A stretch of 64,000 nucleotides of DNA from Eledone cirrhosa. Lineage: Eukaryota. The translations under genes and the position numbers were made by a program. The stretch covers positions 135,036,001 to 135,100,000 of the forward strand of contig OZ024743.1 of the NCBI GenBank assembly GCA_964016885.1, written 5' to 3'. Below are positions 49,150 through 62,050 of the stretch, one piece after another (position 1 is the stretch's first letter; each line of letters starts with the position of its first letter). A model generated the notes under the pieces. It saw nothing but the letters and a program-made list of their open reading frames with translations. It was not told the origin of the DNA and ran no database searches.

Positions 49150-52100
49150 TTTGGTGTTTGGTGCTTGGTTCTTGGTGTTTGGTATTTGGTGCTTGGTGCT
49201 TGGTGATTGGTGCTTGTTGCTTGGTGCTTGGTGTTTGGTGCTTGGTGCTTGGTACTTGGTGTTTGGTCTTTGGTGCTTGGTGCTTGGTGTTTGGTGTTTG
49301 GTGCTTGGTGCTTGGTGTTTGCTGTTTGCTGTTTGGTGTTTGGTGTTTGCTGTTTGCTGTTTGGTGTTTGCTGTTTGCTGTTTGGTGCTTGGTGCTTGGT
49401 GCTTTGTGTTTGTTGCTTGGTGCTTTGTGCTTGGTGCTTGGTGCTTGGTGCTTGGTGTTTGGTGTTTGTCGTTTGATCTTTAGCTATTTCTGTTTGGTGT
49501 TTGGTGTTTGGTGTTTGCTGTTTGGTGTTTGGTTTTTGATGCTTGGTGTTTGATGCTTGGTGCTTGGTGCTTGGTGTTTGGTGTTTGGTGCCTGGTGCTT
49601 GGTGTTTGGTGCTTGGTGTTTGTTTCTTGGTGCTTGGTGCTTGGTGCTTGGTGTTTGGTGCTTGGTGCTTGATGCTTGTTGTTTGTACTTGGTGCTTGGT
49701 GCTTGGTGTTTGGTGTTTGGTTCTTGGTGTTTGGTGCTTGGTGCTTGGTGCTTGGTGTTTGGTGTTTGGTGCTTGGTGCTTGGTGCTTGGTGTTTGGTGC
49801 TTGGTGCTTGGTCTTTGGTGTTTGGTGTTTGATGCTTGGTGTTTGGTGCTTGGTGCTTGTTGTTTGTACTTTGTGCTTGGTGCTTGGTGTTTGGTGCTTG
49901 GTTCTTGGTGTTTTGCGCTTGGTGCTTGGTGCTAGGTGGTTGGTGTTTGGTGCTTGGTGTTTGGTGTTTGGTGCTTGGTGCTTGGTGCTTGGTGTTTGGT
50001 GCTTGGTGCTTGGTGCTTGGTCTTTGGTGCTTGGTCTTTGGTGTTTGGTGCTTGGTGCTTGGTGCTTGGTGCTTGGTGATTAGTGTTTGGTGCTCGGTGC
50101 TTGGGGTTTGGTGTTTGGTGCTTGGTGCTTGGTGTTTGGTGCTTGGTACTTGGTGTTTGGTGTTTGGTGCTTGGTGTTTGCTGTTTGGTGTCTGCTTTTT
50201 GGTGTTTGGTGTTTGCTGTATGGTGTTTGCTGTTTCGTGTTTGGTGTTTGCTGTTTGGTGTTTCGTGTTTGGTGTTTGCTGATTGGTGCTTGGTGCTTGG
50301 TGTTTGGTGTTTGGTGTTTGGTGCTTGGTGTTTGGTTTTTGGTGCTAGGTGCTTGGTGCTTGGTGTTTGGTGCTTGGTGTAAGGTGCTTGGTGCTTGGGG
50401 CTTGGTGTTTGGTGCTTGGTGCTTGGTGCTTGGTGTTTGGTGCTTGGTGCTTGGTGCTTGGTGTTTGGTGTTTGGTGCTTGGTGCTTGGTGCTTGGTGAT
50501 GGGTGGTTGGTGTTTGGTGCTTGGTGCTTGGTGTTTGGTGCTTGGTGCTTGGTGCTTGGTGTTTGGTGCTTGGTGCTTGGTGCTTGGTCTTTGGTGCTTG
50601 GTGTTTGGTGTTTGGTGCTTGGTGTTTGGTGCCTGGTGCATGTTGTTTGGTGTTGGTGCTTGGTGTTTGGTGTTTGGTGTTTGGTGTTTGGTGCTTGGTG
50701 TTTGGTGTTTGGTACTTGGTGCTTGGTGTTTGGTGTTTGGTGTTTGGTGCTTGGTGCATGGTGCTTGGTGTTTGGTTTTTGGTGCTTGGTGTTTGGTGCT
50801 TGGAGCTTGGTGCTTCGTGTTTGGTGCTTGATGATTGGTGTTTGGTGTTTGGTGCTGGGTGCTTGGTGCTTGGTGCTTGGTGTTTGGTGCTTGGTGTTAG
50901 GTGTTTGGTTTTTGATGCATGGTGTTTGATGCTTGGTGCTTGGTGCTTGGTGTTTGGTGTTTGGTGCTTGGTGTTTGTACTTGGTGCTTGGTGCTTGGAG
51001 TTTGGTGCTTGGTTCTTGGTGTTTGGTGCTTGGTGCTTGGTGCTTGGTGCTTGTTACTTGGTGTTTGGTGTTTGGTGCTTGGTGTTTGGTGCTTGGTGCT
51101 TGGTGCTTGGTGTTAGGTGTTTGGTGCTTGGTGTTTGGTGTTTGGTGCTTGGTGCTTGGTGTTTGGTGCTTGGTGCTTGGTGTTTGGTGCTTGGTGCCTG
51201 GTGTTTGGTGCTTGGTGCTTGGTGTTTGGAGTTTGGTGCCTGGTGTTTGGTGCTTGGTGTTTGGTGCTTGGTACTTGGTGTTTTGTGTTTGGTGTTTGGT
51301 GCTTGGTGCTTGGTGTTTGGTGCTTGGTGCTTGGTGCTTGGTGCTTGGTGTTTGGTGCTAGGTGCTTGGTATTTGGTGATTGGTGCTTGGTGCTTGGTGT
51401 TTGGTGCTCGGAGCTTGGTGCTTGGTGTTTGGTGCTTGGTGCTTGGTGTTTGGTCTTTGGCGCTTGGTGCTTGGCGTTTGGTGCTTGGTGCTTGGTGTTT
51501 GGTGTTTGGCATTTGGTGTTTGGTGCTTGGTGCTTTGTGCTTGGTGCTTGGTTTTTGGTGTTTGGTGCTTGGTGCTTGGTATTTGGTGTTTGTTGATTGG
51601 TGCTTGGTGTCTGGTGCTTGGGGTTTGGTGCTTGGTGCTTGGTGTGTGGTGTTTGGTGTTTGGTTCTTGGTGCTTGGTGTTTGGTGTTTGGTGCTTGGTG
51701 CTTGGTGTTTGGTGTTTAGTGCTTGGTGCTTGGTTCTTGGTGTTTGGTGCTTGGTGCTTGGTGTTTGGTGTTTGGTGCTTGGTGCTTGGTGTTTGGTGTT
51801 TGGTGCTTGGTGCTTGGTGTTTGATGTTTGGTGCTAGGTGCTTGGTATTTGGTGCTTGGTGCTTGGTGCTTGGTGTTTGTTGCTCGGAGCTTGGTGCTTG
51901 GTGTTTGGTGCTTGGTGCTTGGTGCTTGGTCTTTGGCGCTTGGTGCTTGGTGATTGGTGCTTGGTGCTTGGTGTTTGGTGTTTGGCATTTGGTGTTTGGT
52001 GCTTGGTGCTTTGTGCTTGGTGCTTGGTTTTTGGTGCTTGGTGCTTGGTATTTGGTGTTTGTTGATTGGTGCTTGGTGTCTGGTGCTTGGGGTTTGGTGC

Positions 52101-55100
52101 TTGGAGCTTGGTGTTTGGTGTTTGGTGTTTGGTGCGTGGTGCTTCGTGTTTGGTGCTTGGTGCTTGGTGCTTGGTGTTTGGTGCTTGGTGCTTTGTGCTT
52201 GGTGCTTGGTGTTTGGTGCTTGGTACATGGTGTTTTGTGTTTGGTGTTTGGTGCTTGGTGCTTGGTGTTTGGTGCTTGGTGCTTGGTGCTTGGTGCTTGG
52301 TGTTTGGTGCTAGGTGCTTGGTATTTGGTGATTGGTGCTTGGTGCTTGGTGTTTGGTGCTCGGAGCTTGGTGCTTGGTGTTTGGTGCTTGGTGCTTGGTG
52401 TTTGGTCTTTGGCGCTTGGTGCTTGGCGTTTGGTGCTTGGTGCTTGGTGTTTGGTGTTTGGCATTTGGTGTTTGGTGCTTAGTGCTTTGTGCTTGGTGCT
52501 TGGTTTTTGGTGTTTGGTGCTTGGTGCTTGGTATTTGGTGTTTGTTGATTGGTGCTTGGTGTCTGGTGCTTGGGGTTTGGTGCTTGGTGCTTGGTGTGTG
52601 GTGTTTGGTGTTTGGTTCTTGGTGCTTGGTGTTTGGTGTTTGGTGCTTGGTGCTTGGTGTTTGGTGTTTAGTGCTTGGTGCTTGGTTCTTGGTGTTTGGT
52701 GCTTGGTGCTTGGTGTTTGGTGTTTGGTGCTTGGTGCTTGGTGTTTGGTGTTTGGTGCTTGGTGCTTGGTGTTTGATGTTTGGTGCTAGGTGCTTGGTAT
52801 TTGGTGCTTGGTGCTTGGTGCTTGGTGTTTGCTGCTCGGAGCTTGGTGCTTGGTGTTTGGTGCTTGGTGCTTGGTGCTTGGTCTTTGGCGCTTGGTGCTT
52901 GGTGATTGGTGCTTGGTGCTTGGTGTTTGGTGTTTGGCATTTGGTGTTTGGTGCTTGGTGCTTTGTGCTTGGTGCTTGGTTTTTGGTGCTTGGTGCTTGG
53001 TATTTGGTGTTTGTTGATTGGTGCTTGGTGTCTGGTGCTTGGGGTTTGGTGCTTGGAGCTTGGTGTTTGGTGTTTGGTGTTTGGTGCGTGGTGCTTGGTG
53101 TTTGGTGCTTGGTGCTTGGTGCTTGGTGTTTGGTGCTTGGTGCTTTGTGCTTGGTGCTTGGTGCTTGGTGCTTGGCGTTTGGTGTTTGTCGTTTGATGTT
53201 TGGCATTTTCTGTTTGGTATTTGGTGTTTGGTGTTTGCTGTTTGGTGTTTGCTGTTTGGTGTTTGGTGTTTGCTGTTTGGTGTTTGCTGTTTGGTGTTTT
53301 GTATTAGATGTTTGGTGTTTGGTGTTTGCTCTTTGGTGTTTGGTGTTTGGTGTTTGGTGTTTGGTGCTTGGTGCTTGGTGCTTGGTGTTTGGTGCTTGGT
53401 GCTTGGTGTTTGGTGTTTGGTGCTTGGTATTTGGTGTTTGGTGCTTGTTGCTTGGTGCTTGGTGTTTGGTGCTTGGTGCTTGGTGCTTGGTGTTTGGTGC
53501 TTGGTGCTTGGTGTTTGGTGTTTGGTGCTTGGTATTTGGTGTTTGGTGCTTCTTGGTTGGTGCTTGGTGTTTGGTGCTTGGTGCTTGGTGCTTGGTGCTT
53601 GGTGACTGGTGCTTGGTGTTTGGTGATTGGTGCTTGGTGCTTGGTGTTTGGTGTTTGGTGCTTGGTTCTTGGTGTTTGGTGTTTGGTGCTTGGTGCTTGG
53701 TGATTGGTGCTTGTTGCTTGGTGCTTGGTGTTTGGTGCTTGGTGCTTGGTGCTTGGTGCTTGGTGACTGGTGCTTGGTGTTTGGTGATTGGTGCTTGGTG
53801 CTTGGTGTTTGGTGTTTGGTGCTTGGTTCTTGGTGTTTGGTGTTTGGTGCTTGGTGCTTGGTGATTGGTGCTTGTTGCTTGGTGCTTGGTGTTTGGTGCT
53901 TGGTGCTTGGTACTTGGTGTTTGGTCTTTGGTGCTTGGTGCTTGGTGTTTGGTGTTTGGTTCTTGGTGCTTGGTGTTTGCTGTTTGCTGTTTGGTGTTTG
54001 GTGTTTGCTGTTTGCTGTTTGGTGTTTGCTGTTTGCTGTTTGGTGCTTGGTGCTTGGTGCTTTGTGTTTGTTGCTTGGTGCTTTGTGCTTGGTGCTTGGT
54101 GCTTGGTGCTTGGTGTTTGGTGTTTGTCGTTTGATGTTTAGCTATTTCTGTTTGGTGTTTGGTGTTTGGTGTTTGCTGTTTGGTGTTTGGTTTTTGATGC
54201 TTGGTGTTTGATGCTTGGTGCTTGGTGCTTGGTGTTTGGTGTTTGGTGCCTGGTGCTTGGTGTTTGGTGCTTGGTGTTTGTTTCTTGGTGCTTGGTGCTT
54301 GGTGCTTGGTGTTTGGTGCTTGGTGCTTGATGCTTGTTGTTTGTACTTGGTGCTTGGTGCTTGGTGTTTGGTGCTTGGTTCTTGGTGTTTGGTGCTTGGT
54401 GCTTGGTGCTTGGTGTTTGGTGTTTGGTGCTTGGTGCTTGGTGCTTGGTGTTTGGTGCTTGGTGCTTGGTCTTTGGTGTTTGGTGTTTGATGCTTGGTGT
54501 TTGGTGCTTGGTGCTTGTTGTTTGTACTTTGTGCTTGGTGCTTGGTGTTTGGTGCTTGGTTCTTGGTGTTTTGCGCTTGGTGCTTGGTGCTAGGTGGTTG
54601 GTGTTTGGTGCTTGGTGCTTGGTGTTTGGTGCTTGGTGCTTGGTGCTTGGTGTTTGGTGCTTGTTGCTTGGTGCTTGGTCTTTGGTGCTTGGTCTTTGGT
54701 GTTTGGTGCTTGGTGCTTGGTGCTTGGTGCTTGGTGATTAGTGTTTGGTGCTCGGTGCTTGGGGTTTGGTGTTTGGTGCTTGGTGCTTGGTGTTTGGTGC
54801 TTGGTACTTGGTGTTTGGTGTTTGGTGCTTGGTGTTTGCTGTTTGGTGTCTGCTTTTTGGTGTTTGGTGTTTGCTGTATGGTGTTTGCTGTTTCGTGTTT
54901 GGTGTTTGCTGTTTGGTGTTTCGTGTTTGGTGTTTGCTGTTTGGTGTTTGGTGTTTGCTGTTTGGTGTTTGGTCTTTGGTGCTTCGTGTTTGGTGCTTGG
55001 TGCTTGGTGTTTGGTCTTTGGTACTTGGTGCTTGGTGTTTGGTGTTTGGTGCTTGGAGCCTGGTGCTTGTTGTTTGCTGATTGGTGCTTGGTGCTTGGTG

Positions 55101-58100
55101 TTTGGTGTTTGGTGTTTGGTGCTTGGTGTTTGGTTTTTGGTGCTAGGTGCTTGGTGCTTGGTGTTTGGTGCTTGGTGTAAGGTGCTTGGTGCTTGGGGCT
55201 TGGTGTTTGGTGCTTGGTGCTTGGTGCTTGGTGTTTGGTGCTTGGTGCTTGGTGCTTGGTGTTTGGTGTTTGGTGCTTGGTGCTTGGTGCTTGGTGATGG
55301 GTGGTTGGTGTTTGGTGCTTGGTGCTTGGTGTTTGGTGCTTGGTGCTTGGTGCTTGGTGTTTGGTGCTTGGTGCTTGGTGCTTGGTCTTTGGTGCTTGGT
55401 GTTTGGTGTTTGGTGCTTGGTGTTTGGTGCCTGGTGCATGTTGTTTGGTGTTGGTGCTTGGTGTTTGGTGTTTGGTGTTTGGTGTTTGGTGCTTGGTGTT
55501 TGGTGTTTGGTACTTGGTGCTTGGTGTTTGGTGTTTGGTGTTTGGTGCTTGGTGCATGGTGCTTGGTGTTTGGTTTTTGGTGCTTGGTGTTTGGTGCTTG
55601 GAGCTTGGTGCTTCGTGTTTGGTGCTTGATGATTGGTGCTTGGTGTTTGGTGCTGGGTGCTTGGTGCTTGGTGCTTGGTGCTTGGTGTTTGGTGCTTGGT
55701 GTTAGGTGTTTGGTTTTTGATGCATGGTGTTTGATGCTTGGTGCTTGGTGCTTGGTGTTTGGTGTTTGGTGCTTGGTGTTTGTACTTGGTGCTTGGTGCT
55801 TGGAGTTTGGTGCTTGGTTCTTGGTGTTTGGTGCTTGGTGCTTGGTGCTTGGTGCTTGTTACTTGGTGTTTGGTGTTTGGTGCTTGGTGTTTGGTGCTTG
55901 GTGCTTGGTGCTTGGTGTTAGGTGTTTGGTGCTTGGTGTTTGGTGTTTGGTGCTTGGTGCTTGGTGTTTGGTGCTTGGTGCTTGGTGTTTGGTGCTTGGT
56001 GCCTGGTGTTTGGTGCTTGGTGCTTGGTGTTTGGAGTTTGGTGCCTGGTGTTTGGTGCTTGGTGTTTGGTGCTTGGTACTTGGTGTTTTGTGTTTGGTGT
56101 TTGGTGCTTGGTGCTTGGTGTTTGGTGCTTGGTGCTTGGTGCTTGGTGCTTGGTGTTTGGTGCTAGGTGCTTGGTATTTGGTGATTGGTGCTTGGTGCTT
56201 GGTGTTTGGTGCTCGGAGCTTGGTGCTTGGTGTTTGGTGCTTGGTGCTTGGTGTTTGGTCTTTGGCGCTTGGTGCTTGGCGTTTGGTGCTTGGTGCTTGG
56301 TGTTTGGTGTTTGGCATTTGGTGTTTGGTGCTTGGTGCTTTGTGCTTGGTGCTTGGTGTTTGGTGTTTGGTGCTTGGTTCTTGGTGTTTAGTGTTTGGTG
56401 CTTGGTGCTTGGTGATTGGTGCTTGTTGCTTGGTGCTTGGTGTTTGGTGCTTGGTGCTTGGTACTTGGTGTTTGGTCTTTGGTGCTTGGTGCTTGGTGTT
56501 TGGTGTTTGGTGCTTGGTGCTTGGTGTTTGCTGTTTGCTGTTTGGTGTTTGGTGTTTGCTGTTTGCTGTTTGGTGTTTGCTGTTTGCTGTTTGGTGCTTG
56601 GCGCTTGGTGCTTTGTGTTTGTTGCTTGGTGCTTTGTGCTTGGTGCTTGGTGCTTGGTGCTTGGTGTTTGGTGTTTGTCGTTTGATGTTTAGCTATTTCT
56701 GTTTGGTGTTTGGTGTTTGGTGTTTGCTGTTTGGTGTTTGGTTTTTGATGCTTGGTGTTTGATGCTTGGTGCTTGGTGCTTGGTGTTTGGTGTTTGGTGC
56801 CTGGTGCTTGGTGTTTGGTGCTTGGTGTTTGTTTCTTGGTGCTTGGTGCTTGGTGCTTGGTGTTTGGTGCTTGGTGCTTGATGCTTGTTGTTTGTACTTG
56901 GTGCTTGGTGCTTGGTGTTTGGTGCTTGGTTCTTGGTGTTTGGTGCTTGGTGCTTGGTGCTTGGTGTTTGGTGTTTGGTGCTTGGTGCTTGGTGCTTGGT
57001 GTTTGGTGCTTGGTGCTTGGTCTTTGGTGTTTGGTGTTTGATGCTTGGTGTTTGGTGCTTGGTGCTTGTTGTTTGTACTTTGTGCTTGGTGCTTGGTGTT
57101 TGGTGCTTGGTTCTTGGTGTTTTGCGCTTGGTGCTTGGTGCTAGGTGGTTGGTGTTTGGTGCTTGGTGCTTGGTGTTTGGTGCTTGGTGCTTGGTGCTTG
57201 GTGTTTGGTGCTTGGTGCTTGGTGCTTGGTCTTTGGTGCTTGGTCTTTGGTGTTTGGTGCTTGGTGCTTGGTGCTTGGTGCTTGGTGATTAGTGTTTGGT
57301 GCTCGGTGCTTGGGGTTTGGTGTTTGGTGCTTGGTGCTTGGTGTTTGGTGCTTGGTACTTGGTGTTTGGTGTTTGGTGCTTGGTGTTTGCTGTTTGGTGT
57401 CTGCTTTTTGGTGTTTGGTGTTTGCTGTATGGTGTTTGCTGTTTCGTGTTTGGTGTTTGCTGTTTGGTGTTTCGTGTTTGGTGTTTGCTGTTTGGTGTTT
57501 GGTGTTTGCTGTTTGGTGTTTGGTCTTTGGTGCTTCGTGTTTGGTGCTTGGTGCTTGGTGTTTGGTCTTTGGTACTTGGTGCTTGGTGTTTGGTGTTTGG
57601 TGCTTGGAGCCTGGTGCTTGTTGTTTGCTGATTGGTGCTTGGTGCTTGGTGTTTGGTGTTTGGTGTTTGGTGCTTGGTGTTTGGTTTTTGGTGCTAGGTG
57701 CTTGGTGCTTGGTGTTTGGTGCTTGGTGTAAGGTGCTTGGTGCTTGGGGCTTGGTGTTTGGTGCTTGGTGCTTGGTGCTTGGTGTTTGGTGCTTGGTGCT
57801 TGGTGCTTGGTGTTTGGTGTTTGGTGCTTGGTGCTTGGTGCTTGGTGATGGGTGGTTGGTGTTTGGTGCTTGGTGCTTGGTGTTTGGTGCTTGGTGCTTG
57901 GTGCTTGGTGTTTGGTGCTTGGTGCTTGGTGCTTGGTCTTTGGTGCTTGGTGTTTGGTGTTTGGTGCTGGGTGCTTGGTGCTTGGTGCTTGGTGCTTGGT
58001 GTTTGGTGCTTGGTGTTAGGTGTTTGGTTTTTGATGCATGGTGTTTGATGCTTGGTGCTTGGTGCTTGGTGTTTGGTGTTTGGTGCTTGGTGTTTGTACT

Positions 58101-58660
58101 TGGTGCTTGGTGCTTGGAGTTTGGTGCTTGGTTCTTGGTGTTTGGTGCTTGGTGCTTGGTGCTTGGTGCTTGTTACTTGGTGTTTGGTGTTTGGTGCTTG
58201 GTGTTTGGTGCTTGGTGCTTGGTGCTTGGTGTTAGGTGTTTGGTGCTTGGTGTTTGGTGTTTGGTGCTTGGTGCTTGGTGTTTGGTGCTTGGTGCTTGGT
58301 GTTTGGTGCTTGGTGCCTGGTGTTTGGTGCTTGGTGCTTGGTGTTTGGAGTTTGGTGCCTGGTGTTTGGTGCTTGGTGTTTGGTGCTTGGTACTTGGTGT
58401 TTTGTGTTTGGTGTTTGGTGCTTGGTGCTTGGTGTTTGGTGCTTGGTGCTTGGTGCTTGGTGCTTGGTGTTTGGTGCTAGGTGCTTGGTATTTGGTGATT
58501 GGTGCTTGGTGCTTGGTGTTTGGTGCTCGGAGCTTGGTGCTTGGTGTTTGGTGCTTGGTGCTTGGGGTTTGGTCTTTGGCGCTTGGTGCTTGGCGTTTGG
58601 TGCTTGGTGCTTGGTGTTTGGTGTTTGGCATTTGGTGTTTGGTGCTTGGTGCTTTGTGCT
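49150..58660 (+). repeat. Three copies of a 2.3-2.55 kb unit (about 49150-51540, 53810-56360 and 56361-58660), with a partial fourth at about 63380-64000
   Basis: The landmarks GGTGTAAGG (about 50377, 55174, 57725) and GATGGGTGG are shared. Offsets are 4658, 4798 and 4805 between copies 1 and 2, and 2551 then 2314 between copies 2 and 3. Confidence 0.92.
51270..53170 (+). repeat. Tandem duplication of 952 bp (136 monomers)
   Basis: The pairs 51380/52332, 51838/52790 and 52066/53018 are all offset by 952 = 136x7. Confidence 0.92.
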
Positions 58661-61600
58661 TGGTGCTTGGTTTTTGGTGTTTGGTGCTTGGTGCTTGGTA
58701 TTTGGTGTTTGTTGATTGGTGCTTGGTGTCTGGTGCTTGGGGTTTGGTGCTTGGTGCTTGGTGTGTGGTGTTTGGTGTTTGGTTCTTGGTGCTTGGTGTT
58801 TGGTGTTTGGTGCTTGGTGCTTGGTGATTGGTGTTTAGTGCTTGGTGCTTGGTTCTTGGTGTTTGGTGCTTGGTGCTTGGTGTTTGGTGTTTGGTGCTTG
58901 GTGCTTGGTGTTTGGTGTTTGGTGCTTGGTGCTTGGTGTTTGATGTTTGGTGCTAGGTGCTTGGTATTTGGTGCTTGGTGCTTGGTGCTTGGTGTTTGTT
59001 GCTCGGAGCTTGGTGCTTGGTGTTTGGTGCTTGGTGCTTGGTGCTTGGTCTTTGGCGCTTGGTGCTTGGTGATTGGTGCTTGGTGCTTGGTGTTTGGTGT
59101 TTGGCATTTGGTGTTTGGTGCTTGGTGCTTTGTGCTTGGTGCTTGGTTTTTGGTGCTTGGTGCTTGGTATTTGGTGTTTGTTGATTGGTGCTTGGTGTCT
59201 GGTGCTTGGGGTTTGGTGCTTGGAGCTTGGTGTTTGGTGTTTGGTGTTTGGTGCGTGGTGCTTGGTGTTTGGTGCTTGGTGCTTGGTGCTTGGTGTTTGG
59301 TGCTTGGTGCTTTGTGCTTGGTGCTTGGTGCTTGGTGCTTGGCGTTTGGTGTTTGTCGTTTGATGTTTGGCATTTTCTGTTTGGTATTTGGTGTTTGGTG
59401 TTTGCTGTTCGGTGTTTGCTGTTTGGTGTTTGGTGTTTGCTGTTTGGTGTTTGCTGTTTAGGTGTTTTGTATTAGATGTTTGGTGTTTGGTGTTTGCTCT
59501 TTGGTGTTTGGTGTTTGGTGTTTGGTGCTTGGTGCTTGGTGCTTGGTGTTTGGTGCTTGTGCTTCGTACTTGTTGTTTGGTGTTTGGTGCTTGGTGCTTG
59601 GTGTTTGGTGTTTGGTGCTTGGTGCTTGGTGTTTGGTGATTGGTGCTTTGTGCTTGGTGTTTGGTGCTTGGTGCTTGGTGTTTGGTGTTTGGCGCTTGGT
59701 GCTTGGTGTTTGGTGCTTGGTGCTTGGTGCTTGGTGCTTGGTGCTTGGTGATTGGTGCTTGGAGTTTGGGCCTGGTGTTTGGTGTTTGGTGCTTGGTGTT
59801 TGATGTGTGGTACTTGGTGCTTGCTGTTTGGTGTTTGGTGCTTGGTGCTTGGTGCTTGGCTTTTGGTGCTTTGTGCTTGGTGCTTGGTGTTTGGTGCTTG
59901 GTGCTAGGCGTTTGGTGTTTGGTGCTTGGTGTTTGGTGCCTGGTGCATGTTGTTTGGTGTTGGTGCTTGGTGTTTGGTGTTTGGTGTTTGGTGTTTGGTG
60001 CTTGGTGTTTGGTGTTTGGTACTTGGTGCTTGGTGTTTGGTGTTTGGTGTTTGGTGCTTGGTGCATGGTGCTTGGTGTTTGGTTTTTGGTGCTTGGTGTT
60101 TGGTGCTTGGAGCTTGGTGCTTCGTGTTTGGTGCTTGATGATTGGTGCTTGGTGTTTGGTGCTGGGTGCTTGGTGCTTGGTGCTTGGTGCTTGGTGTTTG
60201 GTGCTTGGTGTTAGGTGTTTGGTTTTTGATGCATGGTGTTTGATGCTTGGTGCTTGGTGCTTGGTGTTTGGTGTTTGGTGCTTGGTGTTTGTACTTGGTG
60301 CTTGGTGCTTGGAGTTTGGTGCTTGGTTCTTGGTGTTTGGTGCTTGGTGCTTGGTGCTTGGTGCTTGTTACTTGGTGTTTGGTGTTTGGTGCTTGGTGTT
60401 TGGTGCTTGGTGCTTGGTGCTTGGTGTTAGGTGTTTGGTGCTTGGTGTTTGGTGTTTGGTGCTTGGTGCTTGGTGTTTGGTGCTTGGTGCTTGGTGTTTG
60501 GTGCTTGGTGCCTGGTGTTTGGTGCTTGGTGCTTGGTGTTTGGAGTTTGGTGCCTGGTGTTTGGTGCTTGGTGTTTGGTGCTTGGTACTTGGTGTTTTGT
60601 GTTTGGTGTTTGCTGCTTGGTGCTTGGTGTTTGGTGCTTGGTGCTTGGTGCTTGGTCCTTGGTGTTTGGTGCTAGGTGCTTGGTATTTGGTGATTGGTGC
60701 TTGGTGCTTGGTGTTTGGTGCTCGGAGCTTGGTGCTTGGTGTTTGGTGCTTGGTGCTTGGTGTTTGGTCTTTGGCGCTTGGTGCTTGGCGTTTGGTGCTT
60801 GGTGCTTGGTGTTTGGTGTTTGGCATTTGGTGTTTGGTGCTTGGTGCTTTGTGCTTGGTGCTTGGTTTTTGGTGTTTGGTGCTTGGTGCTTGGTATTTGG
60901 TGTTTGTTGATTGGTGCTTGGTGTCTGGTGCTTGGGGTTTGGTGCTTGGTGCTTGGTGTGTGGTGTTTGGTGTTTGGTTCTTGGTGCTTGGTGTTTGGTG
61001 TTTGGTGCTTGGTGCTTGGTGTTTGGTGTTTAGTGCTTGGTGCTTGGTTCTTGGTGTTTGGTGCTTGGTGCTTGGTGTTTGGTGTTTGGTGCTTGGTGCT
61101 TGGTGTTTGGTGTTTGGTGCTTGGTGCTTGGTGTTTGATGTTTGGTGCTAGGTGCTTGGTATTTGGTGCTTGGTGCTTGGTGCTTGGTGTTTGTTGCTCG
61201 GAGCTTGGTGCTTGGTGTTTGGTGCTTGGTGCTTGGTGCTTGGTCTTTGGCGCTTGGTGCTTGGTGATTGGTGCTTGGTGCTTGGTGTTTGGTGTTTGGC
61301 ATTTGGTGTTTGGTGCTTGGTGCTTTGTGCTTGGTGCTTGGTTTTTGGTGCTTGGTGCTTGGTATTTGGTGTTTGTTGATTGGTGCTTGGTGTCTGGTGC
61401 TTGGGGTTTGGTGCTTGGAGCTTGGTGTTTGGTGTTTGGTGTTTGGTGCGTGGTGCTTGGTGTTTGGTGCTTGGTGCTTGGTGCTTGGTGTTTGGTGCTT
61501 GGTGCTTTGTGCTTGGTGCTTGGTGCTTGGTGCTTGGCGTTTGGTGTTTGTCGTTTGATGTTTGGCATTTTCTGTTTGGTATTTGGTGTTTGGTGTTTGC

Positions 61601-62050
61601 TGTTTGGTGTTTGCTGTTTGGTATTTGGTGTTTGCTGTTTGGTGTTTGCTGTTTGGTGTTTTGTATTAGATGTTTGGTGTTTGGTGTTTGCTCTTTGGTG
61701 TTTGGTGTTTGGTGTTTGGTGCTTGGTGCTTGGTGCTTGGTGTTTGGTGCTTGTGCTTCGTACTTGTTGTTTGGTGTTTGGTGCTTGGTGCTTGGTGTTT
61801 GGTGTTTGGTGCTTGGTGCTTGGTGTTTGGTGATTGGTGCTTTGTGCTTGGTGTTTGGTGCTTGGTGCTTGGTGTTTGGTGTTTGGCGCTTGGTGCTTGG
61901 TGTTTGGTGCTTGGTGCTTGGTGCTTGGTGCTTGGTGGTTGGTGATTGGTGCTTGGAGTTTGGGCCTGGTGTTTGGTGTTTGGTGCTTGGTGCTTGGTGC
62001 TTGGCTTTTGGTGCTTTGTGCTTGGTGCTTGGTGTTTGGTGCTTGGTGCT
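57960..62050 (+). repeat. Tandem duplication of about 2.2 kb
   Basis: The offset is a constant 2195 for 58038/60233, 58499/60694, 58957/61152 and 59373/61568. Confidence 0.92.
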
